From Escherichia coli (GTDB lineage: Bacteria; Pseudomonadota; Gammaproteobacteria; Enterobacterales; Enterobacteriaceae), in assembly GCF_044324875.1 (NCBI RefSeq), contig NZ_CP172187.1: a stretch of 64,000 nucleotides of DNA. One strand, 5' to 3'. A program made the position numbers and the translations under genes. The notes beneath the pieces are model-generated. The model was not told where the DNA came from. It worked only from the letters and a program-made list of their open reading frames with translations, and made no database searches. Below are positions 1-8,430 of this stretch, piece by piece (position 1 is the first letter of the stretch; each line of letters opens with the position of its first letter).

Positions 1-993
1 TAAGGCTCTGCATGCGGCGGCAATAATGTCCCGGCTGTCCTGTGTGGGCAATGGAAGCTTTTCCACAGCGGCATTGCTGTAACAGGGTTCTTTTACTGCA
101 AAGGGGGATGTCCGTACAAATGTCGTCACCTGCCGGCAATACTGACGTTCCCCACGTAGTTTCTCTGCGGCCCGCTCTGCATACTGAACAACAGCCTGGT
201 GCATGGCATCTTTGTCTGTGATTCGTTCACCAAAACTGCGACTACAGACAATCTGCTGTTTTGCCGGTGGTGCTTCTTCCAGGGATATGCAGGACTCGCC
301 GTTGAGTTCGCGTACCGTACGCTCAAGAATGACGCTGAAGTTTTTCCGGATGAATGCCGTGTTAGCCTGCGCCAGCTGCAGTGCTGTGTTAATACCCAGC
401 GCATTCAGCTTTTCCGTCAGTCTGCGTCCTACTCCCCAGACCTCACCAACTGGCTGCAGCCCCAGTAGCTTCAAGGTCCGATTACGGTTTTCTGCCGTCA
501 GCGCGACCACTCCGGAAAACTGTGGCCATTGCTTTGTTGCCCACTGTGCACTTTTAGCCAGCGTTTTTGTAGGCGCAATGCCCACCCCCATGGTGAGTCC
601 TGTCCAGCTCTTTACCTGTTCCCTGAGCTGATGACCAAAAACCTCCGGAGAGATGCAATGATTTATCCCCCGCAAATCAATGAACATTTCATCAATTGAG
701 TAGGGCTCAACTGCGGGAGAAAGCGACTCCAGAACAGCCATAACCCGTTGGCTCATGCTGTGGTACAGCGCATAATTGCTGGAAAATACATGTATTTTCT
801 TCTCCAGGCGCATTTGTCTCACCTGAAACCAGGGCTGCCCCATTCTGATGCCAAGGGCTTTTGCCTCCGGGCTGCGCGCGATCACACAGCCATCGTTATT
901 GCTGAGTACGATGACCGGTTCGTTGCGAAGGTCCGGGCGGAAAACTTTTTCACATGAGGCGTAGAAACTGTTGATATCAGCCAGTGCAAACAT
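1..993 (-). CDS. impB: Y-family translesion DNA polymerase subunit (UmuC/MucB/ImpB-like); 5' part only, gene continues past the left edge
   Basis: Minus-strand ATG is the reverse complement of 991-993 and overlaps the impA stop by 1 nt. Hand translation gives MFALADINSFYASCEKVFRPDLRNEPVIVLS, the conserved UmuC-family N-terminus. Absent from the ORF track because there is no in-window stop; frame beyond ~30 codons not checked by hand. Confidence 0.65.
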   Translation of the reverse strand, partial: MFALADINSFYASCEKVFRPDLRNEPVIVLSNNDGCVIARSPEAKALGIRMGQPWFQVRQMRLEKKIHVFSSNYALYHSMSQRVMAVLESLSPAVEPYSIDEMFIDLRGINHCISPEVFGHQLREQVKSWTGLTMGVGIAPTKTLAKSAQWATKQWPQFSGVVALTAENRNRTLKLLGLQPVGEVWGVGRRLTEKLNALGINTALQLAQANTAFIRKNFSVILERTVRELNGESCISLEEAPPAKQQIVCSRSFGERITDKDAMHQAVVQYAERAAEKLRGERQYCRQVTTFVRTSPFAVKEPCYSNAAVEKLPLPTQDSRDIIAAACRAL

Positions 994-1430
994 CAGCGTA
1001 ACTCCCGCGTCCTGTGTATCACGTGAGTGACAACACCAAAAATACAGATGTTTTCCGGATACAGTGTGCGGAACTCCGGGCTGTCTGAAACCGGCTCCAG
1101 TGCCGGGCGTGGGCGCAACAGCAGTCGTTTGACGGTGAACTCACCATCGATCTCAGCGATAACGATGTCCCCGTGTTGTGGTTTTTCGGCCCTGTCCACT
1201 ACCAGCAGATCACCATTCTGCACGCCAGCCTGGTTCATCGATTCACCGCTGGCGCGCAGAAAGAAGGTGGCTGCAGGTCTGCTGATGCAATAGCTGTTCA
1301 GATCCAGTTCCTGCTCAGCATAATCAGTGGCAGGCGAAGGAAAACCGGCCTGGCAACGATCGGCAAACAACGGTCGCACGTAACTGTCATTGCCTGAAGG
1401 GTCAGCCGGACGGTGATAAACGGTACTCAT
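993..1430 (-). CDS. impA: UmuD/MucA/ImpA-like SOS mutagenesis protein (LexA-type self-cleaving S24 peptidase fold)
   Basis: 145-aa ORF with the conserved segment FFLRASGESMNQAGVQNGDLLVVDR and a catalytic-Lys region typical of UmuD/LexA C-domains; sits between impC and impB. Confidence 0.85.
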   Translation of the reverse strand: MSTVYHRPADPSGNDSYVRPLFADRCQAGFPSPATDYAEQELDLNSYCISRPAATFFLRASGESMNQAGVQNGDLLVVDRAEKPQHGDIVIAEIDGEFTVKRLLLRPRPALEPVSDSPEFRTLYPENICIFGVVTHVIHRTRELR

Positions 1431-1675
1431 GCTGCAGGCAGCCAGCTGTCGTCCTGCCAGATTTCTTCCAGCAGAGACAGGATACGTTCTTTATCCTTGT
1501 CGTTGCGGGCTCCTGTGACAGATACAGACGGGGCGCTGCCCTGGTCTATACGCAGCCAGATTTCCGGGTAGTGTGGTTTCAGACGTCGTTCGATTTCATT
1601 CTGTAGCGCCTGAAGTGTGCCTGATTTGAGGTTTTTTGTGCTCTGGCGGTCGAAAAGAATTTCAATGCGGATCAT
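1427..1675 (-). CDS. impC: ImpC-like small protein, first gene of the impCAB operon
   Basis: ORF-track frame 1427..1735; chosen start is the internal ATG (MIRIEILFDRQ...) preceded by AAGGGAG, which leaves the LexA box outside the CDS. 4-nt overlap with impA. Confidence 0.7.
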   Translation of the reverse strand: MIRIEILFDRQSTKNLKSGTLQALQNEIERRLKPHYPEIWLRIDQGSAPSVSVTGARNDKDKERILSLLEEIWQDDSWLPAA

Positions 1676-1698
1676 GTTCTCATCTCCCTTTTCTTTTG

Positions 1699-1714
1699 CT
1701 GTATGTATATACAG
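1699..1714. promoter_or_regulatory. LexA (SOS) operator upstream of impC
   Basis: Perfect palindromic CTGTATGTATATACAG (CTGT-N8-ACAG) 24 nt upstream of the impC start. Confidence 0.65.
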
Positions 1715-1984
1715 TATTCTAATAACTGAATCCACACACAGTCAAATGTCATTATTGTGACTAAAAAACGCTCAATTCTCTGAGGGTGTGGCTGTATGCC
1801 TGCTGTGGACTGCTGTGTCCAGCTTATCCACAGCATTTTGCGCACGGTTCTGTGAATAAAATACCTGGTTACCCAGGCCGTGCCGGCACGTTAACCGGGC
1901 TGCATCCAATGCAAGTGTGTCGCTGTCGCCGGCATCCTCACCAGGTCACTCAGCAGTCAGGGAGAAAAATGGCGGATGAAGTAT

Positions 1985-2340
1985 GACGGAGACGGTCGGG
2001 CAAGTGCCCGTTTCTTTTCCGACAAAGGATGTCGCCGTGCTCCTCTTTTTACTGCGCCGGCTGACGCGGCGCGGCATAAACGCTGCCTGTGGTCAGTGTC
2101 CCGCGTCCGGCGGGCACGGGACGGGCGCTTTTACCGCTCCCGGCTGGCGTCGGTGACAGTGTACGCCAGCCCGTCGCCCTTTTCTGATGAACGCCCTTCA
2201 AGCCGCTTTCGCGGCATAGCCTTGCCGTCAAAAAGACGACGGCTGCGGTATTCCACGGTCGGCCTGACCCGTTACCGGACGCGGTGAACAGCCCACAGGC
2301 AGCGGGGAACGGGCACCACAGGGGGGCCCTCCCGGTGCTC
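1985..2340. repeat. Leading-region repeat family A, copy 1 (~350 bp, GC-rich, hairpin-rich); candidate Frpo/ssi-like single-strand promoter
   Basis: Near-identical to 3290-3650 (shown by near-identical translations of ORFs 1976..2287 and 3248..3592 and by direct reading); ends immediately upstream of the ATG at 2343. Confidence 0.8.
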
Positions 2341-2342
2341 CT

Positions 2343-3284
2343 GTGAGGAGAATTCCCATGCCAAACTGGTGCTCAAATCGTATGTATTTTTCTGGTGAAC
2401 CAGCACAGATCGCTGAGATTAAACGACTGGCCAGCGGTGCAGTCACACCGCTTTATCGCCGCGCCACAGATGAAGGTATTCAGCTGTTTCTGGCCGGTAG
2501 TGCCGGACTTCTGCAGACCACTGAAGATGTGCGGTTTGAACCATGCCCCGGACTGACGGCTGCCGGACGTGGTGTTGTATCGCCGGAGAATATCGCGTTC
2601 ACCCGCTGGCTGACACACCTGCAGAACGGTGTGCTACTGGATGAAAAAAACTGCCTGATGCTGCATGAACTCTGGCTGCAGAGTGGTACTGGCCAGCGTC
2701 GCTGGGAAGGATTACCGGATGAGGTCAGGGAAAGCATCACCGTGCATTTCACCGCCAAAAGAGGTAACTGGTGTGGCTTCTGGAGTAACGAGGATGTATC
2801 GGTGTGGTGGAACCGTCTGTGTGACAATGTACTGCCGGAAAAAACCATGCCGTTTGACCTGCTGACGGTTCTGCCCACCCGCCTGGATGTTGAAGTGAAT
2901 GGCTTTAACGGTGGTGTTCTGAACGGTGTTCCTTCTGCGTATCACTGGTATACGGAACAGTATGGCGTGAAGTGGCCTGTGGGGTATGAGGTGAATATCA
3001 GCAGTCAGGGAGACAACTTCATTCAGGTTGATTTCGACACGCCGTGGTGTCAGCCGGAAAGCGACGTTATTGCAGAATTAAGCCGCCGTTTCAGTTGCAC
3101 ACTGGAGCACTGGTATGCCGAGCAGGGCTGCAATTTCTGTGGCTGGCAGCGATATGAGCGTGGAGAGCTTGTTGATGTCCTGTGGGGGGAATTGGAATGG
3201 TCTTCCCCGACAGATGACGATGAGCTGCCGGAAGTCACCGGACCTGCGTGGATTGTCGACAAGGTGGCGCATTACGGTGGATGA
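2343..3284 (+). CDS. Hypothetical leading-region protein (313 aa; Cys/Trp-rich), function unknown
   Basis: Long ORF immediately downstream of repeat A copy 1; alternative start ATG at 2358 (MPNWCS...). No motif I can assign. Confidence 0.55.
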   Translation: MRRIPMPNWCSNRMYFSGEPAQIAEIKRLASGAVTPLYRRATDEGIQLFLAGSAGLLQTTEDVRFEPCPGLTAAGRGVVSPENIAFTRWLTHLQNGVLLDEKNCLMLHELWLQSGTGQRRWEGLPDEVRESITVHFTAKRGNWCGFWSNEDVSVWWNRLCDNVLPEKTMPFDLLTVLPTRLDVEVNGFNGGVLNGVPSAYHWYTEQYGVKWPVGYEVNISSQGDNFIQVDFDTPWCQPESDVIAELSRRFSCTLEHWYAEQGCNFCGWQRYERGELVDVLWGELEWSSPTDDDELPEVTGPAWIVDKVAHYGG

Positions 3285-3289
3285 ATTCT

Positions 3290-3650
3290 GACGGAGACGG
3301 GCGGGCAACCGCCCGTTTCTTTTCCGACAAAGGATGTCGCCGTGCTCCTCTTTTTACTGCGCCGGCTGACGCGGCGCGGCATAAACGCTGCCTGTGGTCA
3401 GTGTCCCGCGTCCGGCGGGCACGGGACGGGCGCTTTTACCGCTCCCGGCTGGCACCGGTGACAGTGTACGCCAGCCCGTCGCCCTTTTCTGATGAACGCC
3501 CTTCAAGCCGCTTTCGCGGCATAGCCTTGCCGTCAAAAAGACGACGGCTGCGGTATTCCACGGTCGGCCTGACCCGTTACCGGACGCGGTGAACAGCCCA
3601 CAGGCAGCGGGGAACGGGCACCACAGGGGTGCCCTCCCGGTGCCTTCTGT
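3290..3650. repeat. Leading-region repeat family A, copy 2
   Basis: Direct repeat of 1985-2340 with a few substitutions; ends at the RBS (AAGGAGG) of the methyltransferase gene at 3668. Confidence 0.8.
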
Positions 3651-3667
3651 AAGAGAAGGAGGCTTTT

Positions 3668-4351
3668 ATGTCCCGTTTTATCCTGGGTGACTGCGTGCGA
3701 GTTATGGCCACGTTTCCGGACAATGCTGTCGATTTCATCCTCACCGACCCGCCGTATCTCGTCGGTTTCCGTGACCGTTCCGGGCGCACCATTGCCGGTG
3801 ACGTTAACGATGACTGGTTGCAACCTGCCAGCAATGAGATGTACCGCGTACTCAAAAAAGACGCTCTGTTGGTCAGCTTCTACGGCTGGAACCGTATTGA
3901 CCGCTTTATGGCGGCCTGGAAACGCGCCGGATTCAGCGTGGCAGGGCACCTCGTGTTCACCAAAAACTACACATCCAAATCTGCGTATGTCGCGTACCGC
4001 CACGAATGCGCCTACATCCTGGCAAAAGGCCGTCCACGTCTGCCACAAAACCCGCTGCCGGACGTGCTGGGCTGGAAATATTCGGGCAATCGTCATCACC
4101 CGACGGAAAAGCCTGTTACCAGCCTGCAACCGCTGATTGAGAGCTTCACACACCCGAACGCAATTGTGCTGGACCCGTTTGCAGGCAGCGGCTCAACCTG
4201 CGTTGCCGCCCTCCAGTCCGGACGCCGGTATATCGGTATCGAGCTGCTTGAGCAGTATCACCGTGCCGGACAGCAACGACTGGCTGCCGTTCAACGGGCC
4301 ATGCAGCAGGGGGCCGCGAATGATGACTGGTTTATGCCGGAGGCTGCGTAA
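3668..4351 (+). CDS. Orphan DNA methyltransferase, beta-class (N6-adenine/N4-cytosine type; DPPY motif precedes the SAM-binding FAGSGST motif)
   Basis: 227-aa ORF with TDPPYLVGF near the N-terminus and DPFAGSGSTCVAA near the C-terminus; no adjacent restriction endonuclease gene. Confidence 0.85.
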   Translation: MSRFILGDCVRVMATFPDNAVDFILTDPPYLVGFRDRSGRTIAGDVNDDWLQPASNEMYRVLKKDALLVSFYGWNRIDRFMAAWKRAGFSVAGHLVFTKNYTSKSAYVAYRHECAYILAKGRPRLPQNPLPDVLGWKYSGNRHHPTEKPVTSLQPLIESFTHPNAIVLDPFAGSGSTCVAALQSGRRYIGIELLEQYHRAGQQRLAAVQRAMQQGAANDDWFMPEAA

Positions 4352-4573
4352 ATGAACTATGCCGGACACGAAAAACTTCGCGCCGAAGTGGCGGAGGTGG
4401 CCAACACCATGTGTGACCTTCGGGCCAGGCTGAACGATATGGAGCATCGCTGTCGTTTTGATTCCGATGTGCTTGTTGAACGCCTGACACGCCAGACGCT
4501 GTATCGCGCCAATCGCCTGTTTATGGAGGCGTATACCGAAATTCTTGAACTGGATGCGTGCTTCAAAGATTAA
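4352..4573 (+). CDS. Hypothetical small protein (73 aa)
   Basis: ATG abuts the methyltransferase stop; same strand as all leading-region genes. Confidence 0.5.
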   Translation: MNYAGHEKLRAEVAEVANTMCDLRARLNDMEHRCRFDSDVLVERLTRQTLYRANRLFMEAYTEILELDACFKD

Positions 4574-4585
4574 GGGGGAGACGAA

Positions 4586-5020
4586 ATGTACGGAACATGC
4601 GAAACACTCTGCCGGGAGCTGGCAGCGCAGTATCCGGGAGACACGCCGCTGATGCTGGTTGTCTGGTCCCCGGAAGAGATTCAGGCACTGGCTGACGGTA
4701 TGGAAATTTCTCTGACCGATCATGAAATCAGGACCGTCCTGTCGCGCCTGGAGGACATCCCGGAAGACCAGCGGAGTGAATCCGGTATTTCTTCTGCCGC
4801 TGCGATGGAGATTATCAGCAACGTGAGCGAAAACCGCCAGGTGACCGTCCCTGCTGAACTGCTGGCGTCCCTGATTCAGACCGCCGAACAGGCACTGTGG
4901 AAACGTGAATGGGCCGCCCGTGATAACGGCCTTGCCGTCCCGGAATGTGTTACCCGCCGTCAGGCAGTGATTAATCAGGCCCGCACCCTGCTGAAAAACA
5001 ACACACACGAAAACAACTGA
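4586..5020 (+). CDS. Hypothetical acidic protein (144 aa); paralog of ORF 6497..6919
   Basis: Shares the R(Q/H)VTVPA motif and a similar N-terminal pattern with ORF 6497..6919; RBS GGGGGAG upstream. Confidence 0.6.
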   Translation: MYGTCETLCRELAAQYPGDTPLMLVVWSPEEIQALADGMEISLTDHEIRTVLSRLEDIPEDQRSESGISSAAAMEIISNVSENRQVTVPAELLASLIQTAEQALWKREWAARDNGLAVPECVTRRQAVINQARTLLKNNTHENN

Positions 5021-5134
5021 TGTTATCGCCGCCTGCCCTCTGCCATTCAGAGACTGACCGGAACCGGGGCGGAACTGGTACTGTCCGGCAGTCAGTGGCA
5101 GTCGCTGCCGGTACTTCCGGCAGACGGAACGCAG

Positions 5135-5608
5135 GTGTCTTTCCCGTATGCCGGAGAATGGCTGACCGAAGACGAAATCAGGGCTGTTCTTGATGCGGTG
5201 CACGATGCGGTACGAAGCATCTGTTACCAGGTGGCAGAAGATACGCGGCGTATCCGTGCGGCGCTGACCACCACCGGTCAGACGTTGCTGACCCGCCAGA
5301 CGCGCCGCTTTCGCCTGGTCGTGAAGGAAAGCGATCATCCCTGCTGGCTCGATGAAGATGACGAAAACCTGCCCGTAGTGCTCGATGTCATCGTGAACCG
5401 GGGCGCACGTTTTTCGGCAGTGGAAATGTACCTGGTCAGCGATTGTATTGAGCATATCCTGTCCAGTGGGCTGGCCTGCGATGTGCTGCGTATACCGGAT
5501 GAACCGCCCCGCCGCTGGTTTGACCGTGGTGTTCTGCGGGAGGTGGTCCGGGAAGCCCGGACCGAAATCCGCAGCATGGCGGATGCCCTGGCAAAAATCC
5601 GTAAATGA
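5135..5608 (+). CDS. Hypothetical protein (157 aa)
   Basis: Co-oriented ORF; no recognisable motif. Confidence 0.5.
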   Translation: MSFPYAGEWLTEDEIRAVLDAVHDAVRSICYQVAEDTRRIRAALTTTGQTLLTRQTRRFRLVVKESDHPCWLDEDDENLPVVLDVIVNRGARFSAVEMYLVSDCIEHILSSGLACDVLRIPDEPPRRWFDRGVLREVVREARTEIRSMADALAKIRK

Positions 5609-5749
5609 TGACACTGGCGGGGTAAATCCCCGCCTTTTTCCTGCCGGTCCCCGGACAGAGCACAAAGGAAGTCGCCGCCGGCTCCGCTTTACCCGGCCAT
5701 GCGGGGCATGGCCTTGTGGATTTTCAGTTATGTGGCCTCAGCGTCGTGT

Positions 5750-5990
5750 GCGGGCTGTGCCGTGCCTCCATCGTAGCCGGGCTTCTGCGGGCGGGTTGCA
5801 AGGTAAGGTGAACCGCTGCGGTCACCCGGTCCCTCCTTCCCGTCTGCCGTGATTTTCCGGTCGTTCACCCGCTCAGATTTCGCGGTCTCACCCTCCAACT
5901 CCCGCCAGCCGTGTGCGTCAGGCTGCGGCTTCCCTTGCGCCCTTGCAACCCTGCAGGCCCGGCAAAGATGGAGGCACGGCACCGCCCGGT
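5750..5990. other. Long-range inverted repeat in a GC-rich 415-bp intergenic region upstream of klcA; candidate single-strand hairpin promoter/ssi element
   Basis: GCCGTGCCTCCATC (about 5763) pairs with GATGGAGGCACGGC (about 5968) about 190 nt apart, with further local palindromes; no ORF of note. Confidence 0.4.
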
Positions 5991-6024
5991 GTCGCGGAAT
6001 ATGTGAACAACGGAGGAAAACATC

Positions 6025-6450
6025 ATGCAATATGCGAAACCTGTCACTCTGAATGTTGAAGAGTGCGACCGTCTGTTTTTTCTGCCTTACCTGTTTGGCC
6101 AGGATTTTCTGTATGCCGAGGCATCTGTGTACGCGCTGGCGAAAAAAATGATGCCGGAATATGACGGCGGATTCTGGCACTTCATCCGCCTGCCGGACGG
6201 TGGCGGTTACATGATGCCGGATGGCGACCGTTTTCATCTGGTCAACGGTGAAAACTGGTTTGACCGTACGGTCAGCGCCGATGCCGCAGGCATCATTGTG
6301 ACTTCCCTTGTGATTAACCGTCAGTTGTGGCTGTACCACGACAGCGGTGATGCAGGACTGACTCACCTGTACAGGATGCGCGATGCGCAGTTGTGGAGCC
6401 ACATCGAATTTCACCCCGAATGCAATGCGATTTACGCGGCACTGGACTGA
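6025..6450 (+). CDS. klcA: KlcA/ArdB-family anti-restriction protein
   Basis: 141 aa with family hallmarks FLPYLFG...[16 protein letters not shown]...[11 protein letters not shown], matching my recollection of KlcA/YfjX-type proteins. Confidence 0.8.
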   Translation: MQYAKPVTLNVEECDRLFFLPYLFGQDFLYAEASVYALAKKMMPEYDGGFWHFIRLPDGGGYMMPDGDRFHLVNGENWFDRTVSADAAGIIVTSLVINRQLWLYHDSGDAGLTHLYRMRDAQLWSHIEFHPECNAIYAALD

Positions 6451-6496
6451 TTAACGGACGGGGCGGCAATGCCGCCCCTGTAAAGGAGACGAGAAC

Positions 6497-6919
6497 ATGT
6501 ACTGTACTGTTAAAGAAATTATCCGCGAAGTGCTGGATACAGACGTGCCGGACAGTGAATGCGTTTTTGCCGTGGTGCTGACCCGTGGGGATGTGCGCCA
6601 CATAGCTCAGGACTGGAGTCTGGCAGACGATGAGCTGGAAACCGTCATGCAGCGGCTGGACGATGCCTTTGAGCATGGTGCGGATGTCAGCGTTGTTCAC
6701 GACGTTGTTCGTGAACTGATGGAAGAAAAGCGCGCCAGCCGTCATGTGACAGTCCCGGCGATGATGCTGGAAAAAGTGATGGCGCTGGCAGGCAGTGAAA
6801 TGAAGCGCCTGTATGCCGTCGGAAGTGAGAACGGGGGCGACGGTGACGCATTCGTCAGGGAGGAACGCGAAGCAATGGACGTTGTGTTACAGGCGCTGGA
6901 CGGGGAGACGATGTCATGA
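6497..6919 (+). CDS. Hypothetical acidic protein (140 aa); paralog of ORF 4586..5020
   Basis: Shares the RHVTVPA motif and N-terminal pattern with ORF 4586..5020; RBS AAGGAG upstream. Confidence 0.6.
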   Translation: MYCTVKEIIREVLDTDVPDSECVFAVVLTRGDVRHIAQDWSLADDELETVMQRLDDAFEHGADVSVVHDVVRELMEEKRASRHVTVPAMMLEKVMALAGSEMKRLYAVGSENGGDGDAFVREEREAMDVVLQALDGETMS

Positions 6920-7107
6920 ATATCAGCACAGAAACCCGCGAAATTCTGCGTAATTACAGGGCCGTGATTAATGCGCGGCGTCGTGAAATGGGGCAGAAAC
7001 CGCTCACCACCGCGCAGATTGTTGATGAAATCTGCGATTTTGTGGCGAATCAGCAGGCGGTTTTCCTGGGCGGTCACTACATCTTACAGGGCAGCAGAAA
7101 CAGGTGA
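6916..7107 (+). CDS. Hypothetical small protein (63 aa)
   Basis: ATG overlaps the preceding stop (ATGA), suggesting translational coupling. Confidence 0.4.
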   Translation: MNISTETREILRNYRAVINARRREMGQKPLTTAQIVDEICDFVANQQAVFLGGHYILQGSRNR

Positions 7108-7295
7108 TACAGGGGCAGGCGGTGGAGGCCGCCTGTCAGCCCGCGCGAAAACCCCTGGCAGGCTGACGCCTGCCGGAAGGGAAGCGGGCCACGCTGGCGC
7201 GTCGCCCGTTACCCTTCCCGTCTGTGATGTGTCTGACTCAGGAGTGTTTCTTTCTTATGTTGCGGAACTGTTCCTGATGTTGTTGTTGTTCCTTT

Positions 7296-7895
7296 ATCTG
7301 CTGCTCTGATTCTGACTACTGCAGTGTTGTTCTGTCTGCCGGGCGCACCTTCGGCTCCCGGCTGCCTGGCGGCATCCGGTCGTCAGGCCCGACTCCGACA
7401 GGCAGCTGCTGGCGCACCTGCCAGTCTCCGCCGAACCCGCTGGCGCGGCTTCGGGCTGCCGCTACGGTCCGATGCGTGAAAACCCCGGGCTTGCAGCGAC
7501 CGTTCTGGTCGCGCCGCCTCTGTCGCGCCGTGGCCTGCGCTCCAGGCATCCCGGCAAAAAGACGCCGGGATGTAAGGCGCAACGCCGTTTCGCAAACCGC
7601 GCTTCACGTCGTTGCTGCGGGTCCCTGCTCATTGCCTGCCGGGTGCCACACACCCGTATGAGTCCCTGTCGCCGGGGGCATAGACAGCCACAACCTGCCG
7701 CACTGACTGTCCAGGGTAAATGAACAGCCCACAAAATTTTTTACCCAAAACCCGGTAAAAAATTTTGCGTTCTGCCCAGGACAGGTGCGTCAGGCCGTGG
7801 CAGTGATGCCCCTTGCGGCGAAGGTTCTCAAACGGGTGAAGTTCATACCACAGGGAATACAGCAGCAGGTTCCCGCGAAACGTCAAAACCGCGGC
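7296..7895. repeat. Leading-region repeat family B, copy 1 (~600 bp, GC-rich); candidate Frpo/ssi-like single-strand promoter
   Basis: Shares ...CTGATTCTGACTACTGCAGTGTTGTTCTGTCTGCCGGGCGCACCTTCGGCTCCCGGCTGCC... through ...CGCGGCTCCCGAAACTCAAC with copies at 10651-11280 and 18720-19340. Confidence 0.8.
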
Positions 7896-8148
7896 TCCCG
7901 AAACTCAACGGGTGATGTTCTTTAAAAATCAGGATTTATTTCAGGCTCCGGCAATACGCATTTATGTGTTCTGTCAGTCATCCGGCTGGCAGGTAATGAG
8001 AACGCAGGAACAGAAGGAGGAAAACACCGGAGAACGTCAGACGCAGATATGAAAAAAGCAGGCCGGGGAGGACCTGCTTAATCCACACCGCAAAAACTGT
8101 TCGAGCAGTTTCTGCGGTTCCATTCAACAGTCATAAGGAGTTTCATTT

Positions 8149-8379
8149 ATGACGGTAAGTATTGTTTCACCTTCCGCAGCGGCTGTAAAGCCCCGCCGTC
8201 ATCCCCGTTTCAGACGCGAAGACATCCCCGCGCCGGAAATTGACCCCGTGCTGAAAGCCTTCGGGCGACACATAGCCCGGAGTTTTCACCGGGGGCGTGG
8301 TGTACACATCCCCGCCATGAAAAACACGGCCTTCGGGCAGGTGCTCCGCACACTCGAACTGAAACGCGCTTTTAACTGA
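8149..8379 (+). CDS. Hypothetical small basic protein (76 aa)
   Basis: ORF downstream of repeat B copy 1 with RBS AGGAG. Confidence 0.4.
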   Translation: MTVSIVSPSAAAVKPRRHPRFRREDIPAPEIDPVLKAFGRHIARSFHRGRGVHIPAMKNTAFGQVLRTLELKRAFN

Positions 8380-8430
8380 TGAGGTGAGCCGCCCCGCGAG
8401 GGGCGGCAACAGATGGAAGGAGAACATTTT

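Noticed and set aside
1976-2287. 103-aa and 114-aa Arg-rich ORFs inside repeat family A (1976..2287, 3248..3592)
   Set aside because: They are translations of the repeat itself, with no RBS and low complexity. They were useful only for spotting the repeat.
4193-5665. 490-aa minus-strand ORF
   Set aside because: Overlaps three co-oriented + strand genes with plausible RBSs in GC-rich DNA; no recognisable motifs. Treated as an antisense artefact.
5728-6414. 228-aa minus-strand ORF over klcA and its upstream region
   Set aside because: Antisense to the well-supported klcA gene and the structured intergenic region.
6025-7107. Expectation of an ardA gene next to klcA
   Set aside because: No ORF in the window resembles ArdA (highly acidic DNA-mimic); anti-restriction here appears to rely on KlcA/ArdB plus orphan methyltransferases.
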